Below are positions 7,977 to 16,291 of a stretch of DNA of 64,000 nt, piece after piece (within the stretch, counting starts at the first letter, position 1; each line of letters opens with the position of its first letter). The notes beneath the pieces are model-generated. The model worked only from the letters and a program-made list of their open reading frames with translations. It ran no database searches and was not told the DNA's origin. Made by a program: the position numbers and the translations under genes. The stretch comes from a virus. Location: the IMG/VR virus record IMGVR_UViG_3300008117_000025, positions 1 to 64,000 of that record, one strand, 5' to 3'.

Positions 7977-8596
7977 GGTTTAAGATACTTGGGTTTGAGT
8001 ATTAGATCCCAATAGTCAGTTACTATATTATCCTTACCATTTTTACCTAATTGTCTCCATGTTTGTGGACATTTACGTCTACAAAATGCTATACGCTCAC
8101 GTTTAGATTGTTTCTTATCTGAACAATATTCATAGCACACCCATGATTCCCAATAATGACTTTGATGTGGGTGATAAAATGTAGCTGCTATTTGATAACC
8201 AAAGAATACAAATGATATTACTGGGTTCCATTCATGTCTAATATCGTATTGATCCCATTTTGTCTTCCAGCCTAAACCACACATACCGAATCCCACTTTA
8301 AGTGGTACTGAGAATGAATAGCACATCTTTTCTTTATATACCTCATCAAATGATATTACAGTATGTTTGAATTTTGAATCAGGATTTCGTTCATTCCATT
8401 TTATTCTTTCTTCTATTGTTTTCAATGCAGCTTCGGTTGCCAACTTAGGAGTTGCCTTAACCCATTTACGAGGGAGGAAGTATGGAGTACCAACTTGTGT
8501 TTTACCAATATACCATTTAACTTTAAATGGGGTAAATGGGCTAAATAATGCTTTAATCCATCTCAAATCATCTAATATATATTTTAATTTTTTCAT
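7973..8596 (-). CDS. Hypothetical Trp-rich protein
   Basis: 207-aa ORF. Confidence 0.75.
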   Translation of the reverse strand: MKKLKYILDDLRWIKALFSPFTPFKVKWYIGKTQVGTPYFLPRKWVKATPKLATEAALKTIEERIKWNERNPDSKFKHTVISFDEVYKEKMCYSFSVPLKVGFGMCGLGWKTKWDQYDIRHEWNPVISFVFFGYQIAATFYHPHQSHYWESWVCYEYCSDKKQSKRERIAFCRRKCPQTWRQLGKNGKDNIVTDYWDLILKPKYLKP

Positions 8597-8597
8597 A

Positions 8598-8981
8598 TTA
8601 TTTATATTTAACGTATTCTTTTACTTCTTTAATTTCTGAGTTAAATAGCAAATTAATTTGATTTTTTATTTCAAATCTTTCATCATTAATATAATAAACT
8701 TTCCTTGCCAAACTAATAAATTCACCTTCAAATCGTTGTTCTAATTCTAATATTCTTAATTGATCCTCTACATCCCAAAGCCTAGAATTAACCTCAACTA
8801 AAGATGAATACAAATCAGACATACCAGGATGTTCAAGATATGGTATTGCTGTGTTATGTAGCAGAGCGAATTCATTATTTATGAGTTGTAATTTCTCCTC
8901 ATTTTTTATTTTATCTAATTTGATTTGGAGAATAGATAATTTATCAATCAATTCACCAATGCTAACCTGAATGTGTATCAT
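8598..8981 (-). CDS. DUF6165-like protein
   Basis: VSIGELIDKLSILQIK ... NSRLWDVED ... ARKVYYINDERFEIK ... EVKEY. Confidence 0.75.
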   Translation of the reverse strand: MIHIQVSIGELIDKLSILQIKLDKIKNEEKLQLINNEFALLHNTAIPYLEHPGMSDLYSSLVEVNSRLWDVEDQLRILELEQRFEGEFISLARKVYYINDERFEIKNQINLLFNSEIKEVKEYVKYK

Positions 8982-9721
8982 TATTTAACTGAATTTATTC
9001 TTAATTTATTGTCTTCTATAATTAAATAATCACCTGACGTGTCCATCGTATCGATGAAATAATATCTACCTCCTGTAAATTGATCTGATCCTTTTAAATC
9101 AATTCGTTTCATATGAGTATGGCCTACAACTTGGATATAATCTTTCTTTAATCCTTTCTCATGTTTCTTATTAGAAGACATTAAAGATCTAGGTCTAATC
9201 CAAATTGGTGTTTGAGTTGAGTTATCACCATACGCATCGAATCCATTGAATTCAAATGCTTTAGGCTTATATCTAAACAATTCATTTAGATCTACTACTA
9301 CACTCTCTTTAGACCAATCATCTTTTCCAAATACTTGATCCATAAACACAGGACTTACGCCAGCATGAGTAAATAAGTAATTATCAAACCCATAAGCCAT
9401 TTGTAAATGATGTCTATTCTCATCTATGACTTGAGTAATTGATGGTGCGATTCTATGTTGATAACCACTTGTGCCTGTATATCCAATTTCGGGGAAATAG
9501 TGATGGTCATGGTTACCAATCAACATTACAACCTCAACTTGTGGGTTATCTTCCTTGTATTTAATAATGTTTTTGAAATTATCTATTTGCTCAACACCAG
9601 GAATGTCATATGAATCAAAGTAATCACCTATAAAGATAAGCCTATCAATAGGTTCTTCTTGATAAATTGCTAATTTCCAGTTAGAGCGTCCGTGGGTATC
9701 ACCCAATACTACTGTCTTCAT
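8981..9721 (-). CDS. Calcineurin-like metallophosphoesterase
   Basis: GDTHG, GDYFD, GNHD, THAG, VGHT motifs. Confidence 0.9.
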   Translation of the reverse strand: MKTVVLGDTHGRSNWKLAIYQEEPIDRLIFIGDYFDSYDIPGVEQIDNFKNIIKYKEDNPQVEVVMLIGNHDHHYFPEIGYTGTSGYQHRIAPSITQVIDENRHHLQMAYGFDNYLFTHAGVSPVFMDQVFGKDDWSKESVVVDLNELFRYKPKAFEFNGFDAYGDNSTQTPIWIRPRSLMSSNKKHEKGLKKDYIQVVGHTHMKRIDLKGSDQFTGGRYYFIDTMDTSGDYLIIEDNKLRINSVK

Positions 9722-9750
9722 AACTATAAAAGTATGTTAGTTGATTTGGA

Positions 9751-9981
9751 TTACCAAACTTTCCACCAAGGTTTTTTTGGTTGTTGTTTTGGTTTAGGTA
9801 TTCTATGTACTTTGTTTAATAACAAATTAGCGTGTTTTTGTATTAATAACCTTTCTCCTTGCTCTAATCCACTTATATTAATATGAATTTGTACAGGGGC
9901 TACAATACCATTGGCTTCAATGGATGTTGTAATAACATGATATTCTTTCCCTTTAACGAAGACTGTACGTATCATGCTCAT
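9751..9981 (-). CDS. Hypothetical protein with C-terminal KKPWWKVW motif
   Basis: 76-aa ORF. Confidence 0.7.
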   Translation of the reverse strand: MSMIRTVFVKGKEYHVITTSIEANGIVAPVQIHINISGLEQGERLLIQKHANLLLNKVHRIPKPKQQPKKPWWKVW

Positions 9982-9990
9982 AAATATAGT

Positions 9991-11115
9991 TTAATTAGAA
10001 AGTGGTGCTTTAATTGCTGGATGTGATTGATAATTTTCTAATTGTATATCATCTTCTAATAGGCATTTACAGAAATTATCATTTTGAAATGAATTAAATA
10101 CTGCGATAGCGTCTAAAGGTCCTTCACCGCACGAACCGCTTTCAGTAGGCCAGAATTCAGTGTTAATGTTTAACTTAGGTAATTTATAAGGATGTCTTGA
10201 ACATTGCTCAGCTGCTTGCTCAATATGATTACTATATAAATGTACGTCTCCTAAATTACCAATCAATTCATCAGGTATCATATTTACTGCCTTAGCTATT
10301 ATCTCAAGTAACAATCCATATGAAGCAATATTGAATGGTAAACCTAAAAATGTATCTACTGAACGTTGATTCCACATTAAAGAGATTGCTCTAGTTGGAG
10401 TGTTCCATTCATTATTCATTTTCCATTCCATATCTTCGAGACTCCAATTTTGCCAATCCCAGTAGACACGTCGTTTTTCTCGGGATAAGTCCATTCTTTC
10501 TTCCAAACTCAACACTCTCGTATAAACTTGAAATCCATAATGGCAAGGTGGTAATACCATTTGGTCTAATTCACCTACATTCCAAGCACTAACCATCAAT
10601 CGTCTGCTATCTGGATTTGTTTTGAGTTCTTTGATTAGGTTTCCGATTTGGTCTATGTACACATCATCACCGCCATTATTTTTACCATCCCAACTTCTCC
10701 AGTTCTTACCATAAATCGGTCCTAATTCACCCCATATTTTTGCAAACTTATCATCGGTTTTGATTTTGTTGATGAACTCTTCTTGTGAATAAGGTCTAGC
10801 ACCTAATGTTTTAGTATGCTCAAACATATTTTTACTTAGATAGTTCTTATAAGCGTCACCATCCCAAATATGGCAATTATTATCAACTAAGAATTTAATA
10901 TTAGTATCACCTCTCAAGAACCAAAGTAATTCTGTTACCATTGTTTTGAATGCCATCTTCTTTGTAGTTAACAATGGAAATCCTTCCTTCATATTGTGTC
11001 TGATCTGCCAACCGAAGATTGATTTAGTACCTGTTCCTGTACGGTCTTGTTTTTCAACACCAAAGTGGATGATTTGTTGAAGTAATTCTTTATATTGACG
11101 ATCTAGATTATTCAT
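9991..11115 (-). CDS. thyA: Thymidylate synthase
   Basis: DRTGTGT, FPLLTTKK, LPPCH catalytic Cys, QRSVDTFLGLPFNIASY. Confidence 0.97.
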   Translation of the reverse strand: MNNLDRQYKELLQQIIHFGVEKQDRTGTGTKSIFGWQIRHNMKEGFPLLTTKKMAFKTMVTELLWFLRGDTNIKFLVDNNCHIWDGDAYKNYLSKNMFEHTKTLGARPYSQEEFINKIKTDDKFAKIWGELGPIYGKNWRSWDGKNNGGDDVYIDQIGNLIKELKTNPDSRRLMVSAWNVGELDQMVLPPCHYGFQVYTRVLSLEERMDLSREKRRVYWDWQNWSLEDMEWKMNNEWNTPTRAISLMWNQRSVDTFLGLPFNIASYGLLLEIIAKAVNMIPDELIGNLGDVHLYSNHIEQAAEQCSRHPYKLPKLNINTEFWPTESGSCGEGPLDAIAVFNSFQNDNFCKCLLEDDIQLENYQSHPAIKAPLSN

Positions 11116-11363
11116 TCAGTTTCATTTGAAATAATATCACCAAATTGACTAGCAGCTTTAGGATTACGCTCGGCAAATATTTCATATGCAACTTGATATC
11201 TACCTAGTTCAACCTGAGTTGGAAATAATTCCCAATGTAATGAATCAGCAACGTGTTGGATACTATCACATTTAGATTGTGCAACAATAATTTTATACTG
11301 TTGGTCTGCTCGTAGCATCACTTCTATAGCTACAAACACAAGGAATATTAGTACGTATTTCAT
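11112..11363 (-). CDS. Hypothetical protein with N-terminal TM
   Basis: 83-aa ORF. Confidence 0.7.
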   Translation of the reverse strand: MKYVLIFLVFVAIEVMLRADQQYKIIVAQSKCDSIQHVADSLHWELFPTQVELGRYQVAYEIFAERNPKAASQFGDIISNETE

Positions 11364-11506
11364 AATATTTCGTTTTTATCTTCTTCATTAAAAAAATCTT
11401 CACCCTTATAGTCTGGGTGATTTTTCATCATGTAATCAATTCCACCAACCCATAGCCAAGCGATTGATGCTGATAATGCGATTATGAATATAATTAGTCC
11501 CACCAT
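11360..11506 (-). CDS. Small TM protein (48 aa)
   Basis: Manual translation MVGLIIFIIALSASIAWLWVGGIDYMMKNHPDYKGEDFF... Confidence 0.6.
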   Translation of the reverse strand: MVGLIIFIIALSASIAWLWVGGIDYMMKNHPDYKGEDFFNEEDKNEIL

Positions 11507-11988
11507 CTTGTAATGTTTTGTTCTAGTATTTTAAATAATAATTTGTGAGCTCGTTCTTGATTTGTTTTAGCTATATTAAATGCTTTTTTACCTTTATCCT
11601 TAATTTTAAATTGTTTAGCTATTCTAGGGTATTTTTTAAAATATTCATCATAGCGTTCTGATTTTTCAAATGTTATCATCTCATACATACCTGGATGATC
11701 TTCACTATCAACAAATATAAGTTCTGAGTCGTGATAGTTTTGGTACTCACACGCATAGAATTCATCTTGTATCCTTTCAATCAAACGAACACACAACATC
11801 ATTATTTCAGCATCGCGTTTAGCTGAAACATGGCGATCGTGGTAAACAATATATTCGGCTTGGTTTTTGAGTTTAAATTTAAGTATCTCAAAAATAAAGT
11901 GGTCATCCCAGTCTCTATCTTTCCAGATAATGGGAAACCACCTTACTAAATTACGAATATTCCTAAAGAATTGTTTTATCTTATACAT
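11494..11988 (-). CDS. Hypothetical protein
   Basis: 164-aa ORF (WFPIIWKDRDWD). Confidence 0.75.
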   Translation of the reverse strand: MYKIKQFFRNIRNLVRWFPIIWKDRDWDDHFIFEILKFKLKNQAEYIVYHDRHVSAKRDAEIMMLCVRLIERIQDEFYACEYQNYHDSELIFVDSEDHPGMYEMITFEKSERYDEYFKKYPRIAKQFKIKDKGKKAFNIAKTNQERAHKLLFKILEQNITRWWD

Positions 11989-12026
11989 AACTATTAAATA
12001 TAAAACCTATTGTTTGGACAACCAAA

Positions 12027-12455
12027 TTATTTAATTGCCAATACAACTGTAATAAACATTACTGCTAATGTAAATAGTTGTTGATTTATTCTTTCCTTTC
12101 TAAATTCACGCTCACGATGTTCATATATTTTTTTATTTGCTAGATATAGTGTTTTAATACTATCTGTTTCGGCTTTAGCTAATCTATAATTATTTAATTC
12201 TTGATTATAACTGTTATATACTTTTTGTAAACGCTGACCATTAAATATCATATATTGATTATGATAATATTTAACTGAGTCAAGGTGTAATTTTAAGCTA
12301 TCTATTTGTTTTTGCTTATCAACAAATACTTTATTTATCTTATCACCATCCTCAACAGACATTACAATAACTTCCTTATTATTTATTTTCTGAATTGTCT
12401 GTGATTGGCAAAAATTTAAACTTAGAGCCAGTATTAGGCTTAACAGTATTCTCAT
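12027..12455 (-). CDS. Signal peptide, coiled coil and C-terminal TM protein
   Basis: MRILLSLILALSLNFCQS-Q; C-terminal LFTLAVMFITVVLAI. Confidence 0.7.
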   Translation of the reverse strand: MRILLSLILALSLNFCQSQTIQKINNKEVIVMSVEDGDKINKVFVDKQKQIDSLKLHLDSVKYYHNQYMIFNGQRLQKVYNSYNQELNNYRLAKAETDSIKTLYLANKKIYEHREREFRKERINQQLFTLAVMFITVVLAIK

Positions 12456-12696
12456 TTAATTCTTGTTTTAATTGGTTTACTTCCTGTTTTAACTCAGTTA
12501 TTTGTTCAGCTGTTTTAGTTATTATTTGCTCTGTTTTCTTATCAGCAGCTTCTATAGCGACTTTATTTGCAGCCCTAACAGAATCTGCTTTACGAAGCAA
12601 CGCTTCAAATTCAGCTTCTTTCTTCATTTCTTCACTCGGCTGTTGACTTACAGCATTACATGAAGCTAAGAATATTAATAATAAAATGAGTCTCAT
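12379..12696 (-). CDS. Coiled-coil lipoprotein (o-spanin candidate)
   Basis: Lipobox FLAS-C at residue 13, long heptad repeat. Confidence 0.55.
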   Translation of the reverse strand: MRLILLLIFLASCNAVSQQPSEEMKKEAEFEALLRKADSVRAANKVAIEAADKKTEQIITKTAEQITELKQEVNQLKQELNENTVKPNTGSKFKFLPITDNSENK

Positions 12697-13034
12697 TATT
12701 GGGGTATTTTATTTAATGATTCTAATACTTGAATCTTAGAATTAAGGGCAGATGCTTCACCTACAAGTTTAACTACCTGTGTTTGTAAAGTGTCTACTTT
12801 TACTTCTAATCTTTCAATTGTGACGTCTTGTTTACCTACATTCTTTTCATTTGACATTTTGATATCAACATAAAGATAGCCTACTGCTATAATACAAATA
12901 AACATTAGACCCTTAACTGGGTCTTTACTAAATTCTTTAAATGAGATAGGAGGTTTTACTGCTCCTGCTACTGAATCTACTGCTGATTTTTTTGGTGCCA
13001 TGTTATTTTTATTTACTGTGTTTTCCGTCTTCAA
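12696..13034 (-). CDS. Single-TM coiled-coil protein (i-spanin candidate)
   Basis: TM GLMFICIIAVGYLYV followed by a coiled coil. Confidence 0.5.
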   Translation of the reverse strand: MKTENTVNKNNMAPKKSAVDSVAGAVKPPISFKEFSKDPVKGLMFICIIAVGYLYVDIKMSNEKNVGKQDVTIERLEVKVDTLQTQVVKLVGEASALNSKIQVLESLNKIPQ

Positions 13035-13281
13035 ATGCTTTCCATTCTTCTAAATCATCGATGCGTTGTTCTTGTTCTTCGAGCCAAGCCGATTTACGAG
13101 TGCGTTCATCAATAATCTGTTGTACTTTATTATCAGTTTCTTTTTTAAGCTCTTCTATTTCTTTGTGCATAAGCCTAAACTCACTGAAGATACCTCCAGC
13201 GGCAAATGCTACTGTGAGGATACCTACAATGATACTCCAGTTATTGGATAAAAAATTTGATGTTTTACTGTTCTCCATCAT
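13009..13281 (-). CDS. Single-TM coiled-coil protein
   Basis: Track ORF 13009..13323; likely start MMENSK; TM WSIIVGILTVAFAAGGIF. Confidence 0.65.
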   Translation of the reverse strand: MMENSKTSNFLSNNWSIIVGILTVAFAAGGIFSEFRLMHKEIEELKKETDNKVQQIIDERTRKSAWLEEQEQRIDDLEEWKAFEDGKHSK

Positions 13282-13519
13282 TAGATTCTTTTCCTTTATT
13301 GATCCATTTATCAACAGAACCAATACCGAAAGAACCTAAAGTTAACCACATAAAGGCATTAAATATAAACTCTTGAATTACAAGTTCTTTACCAAGAGTT
13401 CCAGTAACAATGTCTGCTACAGCAAAAACTACCATCATTACAAATGCACAGAAACCAATAAAACTTTTTTCATTAATGCTGTTGTCGTCGTTAAATAACG
13501 CTTTGAAGAAATTTTTCAT
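13265..13519 (-). CDS. Two-TM small membrane protein (holin candidate)
   Basis: Two hydrophobic helices and a charged C-terminal tail. Confidence 0.45.
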   Translation of the reverse strand: MKNFFKALFNDDNSINEKSFIGFCAFVMMVVFAVADIVTGTLGKELVIQEFIFNAFMWLTLGSFGIGSVDKWINKGKESNDGEQ

Positions 13520-13540
13520 ACTTTTAATTTTTAATGGTCA

Positions 13541-13586
13541 AATAAAAAAAGGTTGTATATATTTCTATATACAACCTCAATTTTTT
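13541..13586. terminator. Bidirectional-type intrinsic terminator
   Basis: 11-bp stem AGGTTGTATAT/ATATACAACCT flanked by an A-run and a T-run. Confidence 0.75.
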
Positions 13587-13614
13587 GCACCAATAAATAT
13601 ACTAAAAGTATAGT

Positions 13615-13791
13615 TTATTTGATTGGGGTTTCATGAGATGATTGACCACCAACACCGACAGAATCAACATTAACTGAATCTACTACTACGGTAGTGTCAA
13701 CTACAGTTGTTGAGTCGTTAGTAACGGTTTCACCTGATCCGCCGCAAGAGATCAAAAACATAGCGGCAACTGCAATAATTGCTTTTTTCAT
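13615..13791 (-). CDS. 58-aa lipoprotein with D-S/T-x repeats (missing from ORF track)
   Basis: Manual translation MKKAIIAVAAMFLISCGGSGETVTNDSTTVVDTTVVVDSVNVDSVGVGGQSSHETPIK; lipobox LIS-C; own promoter and terminator. Confidence 0.85.
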   Translation of the reverse strand: MKKAIIAVAAMFLISCGGSGETVTNDSTTVVDTTVVVDSVNVDSVGVGGQSSHETPIK

Positions 13792-13810
13792 ATACTTTAT
13801 TTTATTTACT

Positions 13811-13835
13811 TAAATGTATAAAGATATTTTGACCG
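13811..13835 (-). promoter_or_regulatory. Promoter CGGTCA-N11-TACATTTA
   Basis: Variant of the repeated motif upstream of the lipoprotein gene. Confidence 0.55.
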
Positions 13836-13842
13836 AACCAAA

Positions 13843-14757
13843 TTATTTTAATCCTACTTGAGATGCAATTACAGCAACATCATCCTGGATAAATGTACAT
13901 CCATTAGGAGTTGGTCCTTTCCACCATAATGCTAAGCAATTACCTCCAATAGATCCCATGATTGGTCCACTAATTCCTTCACATGGTTTATAGGTATATA
14001 AGAGATTGCAATTAGCATCGTATGCAGATTGATGATATAATCCTACAGTATGTCCCGATTCATGTGAGGTAGCTACTCTTATTCTTAATGTATTATAAGA
14101 CATAGTATTAGAGAATACAAAGCATGGAGTATTATCACCCCAGAACATACTACCGACATATGCAACACCAGCAACTCCAGGATATATTTCACTAGAAGTA
14201 GTAATTACCACTCTCATTCTTTTTGCTATACTAGCATTAAGATAAACATTCTCGTCTGTAGTTACAATTACATTAAACTTGGCGTAGTCCTTAGACACAC
14301 TATCTAATATAGTTTGTATATCTGCTGGGTATAGTCCACTTGGTGATAATTGTTTAGCTACTCCATTATTCCACATTGGGTTATTTAAATAATAGCCATC
14401 GAAGTCTAATAAAATAACAGACGCTGTTGTTGGTTCATTACCATAGGGATATGGATCGCAAGCATCACCTATGCCATCTTTATCACTGTCTTTTTGATCT
14501 GCATTTTTTACCTTTGGACAATTGTCTACATTGTCTAGAATACCATCTCTATCTGAGTCTTTTAACCTAGTTGATCCTCCTATTCTAGCCATTTCAAACT
14601 CATCTCTTGTCTTAAATGGATCATTGTTAAGTGGGCCAAAGTCACAGACTTCAACTTTTGGATTATCAGGTCGTGTGGTGGTTTTTTCTTTAGTACAGGT
14701 AGCAAATAATAAAATAGTAAATACAAATGCAAATGCAAATGGTAGAAGGTTCTTCAT
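13843..14757 (-). CDS. Lipoprotein-like zinc metalloprotease (metzincin) with thrombospondin type-3 repeats
   Basis: HESGHTVGLYH (HExxHxxGxxH) and Met-turn PIMG; DSDRDGILDNVDNCP...DSDKDGIGDACD; signal ending FAT-C. Confidence 0.85.
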   Translation of the reverse strand: MKNLLPFAFAFVFTILLFATCTKEKTTTRPDNPKVEVCDFGPLNNDPFKTRDEFEMARIGGSTRLKDSDRDGILDNVDNCPKVKNADQKDSDKDGIGDACDPYPYGNEPTTASVILLDFDGYYLNNPMWNNGVAKQLSPSGLYPADIQTILDSVSKDYAKFNVIVTTDENVYLNASIAKRMRVVITTSSEIYPGVAGVAYVGSMFWGDNTPCFVFSNTMSYNTLRIRVATSHESGHTVGLYHQSAYDANCNLLYTYKPCEGISGPIMGSIGGNCLALWWKGPTPNGCTFIQDDVAVIASQVGLK

Positions 14758-14794
14758 TATTAATTTTTAATGGGTTCTACCAATAAATATTTCT

Positions 14795-14956
14795 CTATCT
14801 TACAAGTACAATAGGGGAATATATGACTTCTCCATCAATATGTTCTGCTTCAACTCTAATCAAGACCGGCTTTGGAGCCTCTGTTACTTGAGTTGTATTT
14901 TCTTTAGTGCAAGTATTAAATAACAAAGTTACCATAAATAATAAAATATATTTCAT
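14795..14956 (-). CDS. 53-aa lipoprotein-like peptide (missing from ORF track)
   Basis: Manual translation MKYILLFMVTLLFNTCTKENTTQ...; shares T-C-T-K-E with the neighbouring protease. Confidence 0.65.
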   Translation of the reverse strand: MKYILLFMVTLLFNTCTKENTTQVTEAPKPVLIRVEAEHIDGEVIYSPIVLVR

Positions 14957-14959
14957 AGA

Positions 14960-15523
14960 TTAGAATTTTACGAGTACAGAATATTTTTTACGACTTGTTG
15001 AACCATAAGGTACAATACCATTAGGGAATAAAATTGTCACTCGCTTAAATGTTTTTCCATCATTACTAACCATTATACCATAACTTTTAATAGTATGATC
15101 TTCTTCAACATCAAACGTAAGTTTAATTAGATTAGGACCTACTCTTTCTGCGGTAATACCTCCAAATTTAATAGGTAATACAACAGTAGATTGTAATTCA
15201 ACCCAACCATTATCTGGGTTTTGTCTGCAATTTGCCCCTGATTCTCTTTTTACTTTTAAATTTACTTGGGGAGTTTGAGGTGCTGTGATTAGAACTATAG
15301 TCTCTTGTAGACTAGTCATTATTTGAGAGGATGTACCTCCTACTTTATCTATTTTTACTCCTAAATCACAATTAACTTTGTTGATAATTTTGAATATGTG
15401 ACTTCCAGCATTGTAACCAACGTATTCAATTCTCAAAACATTGTTTTCATTTAATTGACCTCCATTTTGGGAGTAACCAAACAAATACAATAACAACATA
15501 ACAAATAACAATAACTTTTTCAT
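14960..15523 (-). CDS. Secreted protein with Bacteroidota-type LPV/I Ig-like domain
   Basis: Signal peptide ending GYS-Q; VLPIKF...LTFDV...IMVSNDGKTF resembles the LPVxLxxF...ERSxDGxxF module of Bacteroidota secreted proteins. Confidence 0.65.
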   Translation of the reverse strand: MKKLLLFVMLLLYLFGYSQNGGQLNENNVLRIEYVGYNAGSHIFKIINKVNCDLGVKIDKVGGTSSQIMTSLQETIVLITAPQTPQVNLKVKRESGANCRQNPDNGWVELQSTVVLPIKFGGITAERVGPNLIKLTFDVEEDHTIKSYGIMVSNDGKTFKRVTILFPNGIVPYGSTSRKKYSVLVKF

Positions 15524-15540
15524 TTTAGGTACGGTTTAGA

Positions 15541-15574
15541 TTAAAAAATAAGGGGCAACCTTGCGGTCGCCCCT
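15541..15574 (-). terminator. Intrinsic terminator, GCAA tetraloop
   Basis: AGGGGCGACC-GCAA-GGTTGCCCCT followed by TATTTTTT. Confidence 0.85.
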
Positions 15575-15866
15575 GTAAATTGATGGGAATAACGATTACC
15601 CATAACCCCTGAACGGACCCCTTTTCACCCACTATCCACAAAGATGATCAGTCGATGTGTTGAGATAGGCTGGATTGTCTACCAGCGACGCCTGCGGAGA
15701 TCGTCATTGAATTTCTTCGGCGTATCCAGAGCACTGTTGGGTTGCGCATTCTACCCTTAGTGATGGTGGTTTTATCTCATCCGTCTGTAGTACCCAGCTC
15801 AATAGCTTTTCAGCTATATCACCAGTGCCTTAGCCCCTCTCAAGAGCTTATTCGGCCACAGTTTGT
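15575..15866 (-). ncRNA. Unidentified ~290-nt structured RNA candidate
   Basis: GC-rich, no credible ORF, TATATTTA box at 15872-15879, terminator downstream, several helices (see findings). Confidence 0.65.
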
Positions 15867-15886
15867 ATATATAAATATATTAAATT

Positions 15887-16285
15887 TGGTGGAGATGGTG
15901 GGATTCGAACCCACGTCTTACTAAGTACCTATAATACTAGCGTTTCACATGCTTAGATCTGAACAAGTCTGATCAGTAGGGCTGACCGTTATGGTCGTTT
16001 CCACCACCCTATTTTATGACTATAGGGAAAACTACGGCTCGCAATATGCGTCCGGATGCCGTCTCTATAGCGTACGACTCGCTGTTGTGTTCTGTTCCTA
16101 GGCTCTCTACCGCCCGATGCGGACTAGGCTGCTAAAGCGTAATCGGCGCCTACGAAAGACATCAAGTCTTCGAAGGTCATAGTTGACATTTCGTCAGTTA
16201 TTGTTTTGTAGCTTTTTAAGACGACACTACCGAACGTCTGCATGTAGTACTATCGATCGCAAAGCAATCAATACCAAACATCCCC
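15887..16285 (-). ncRNA. ssrA: tmRNA
   Basis: Acceptor GGGGAUG/CAUCUCC with G3:U70, encoded ACCA end, T-arm GTGGGTTCGAATCCCAC, tag ORF 16195-16124 DEMSTMTFEDLMSFVGADYALAA*. Confidence 0.95.
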
Positions 16286-16291
16286 ATATTA

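Noticed and set aside
15575-15866. RNase P, SRP, 6S or group I intron identity for the unknown RNA
   Set aside because: The conserved signatures (GAGGAAAGUCC/ACAGAA..CGGCUUA, SRP GGAA loop, P7 GACUA/UAGUC) could not be found by eye
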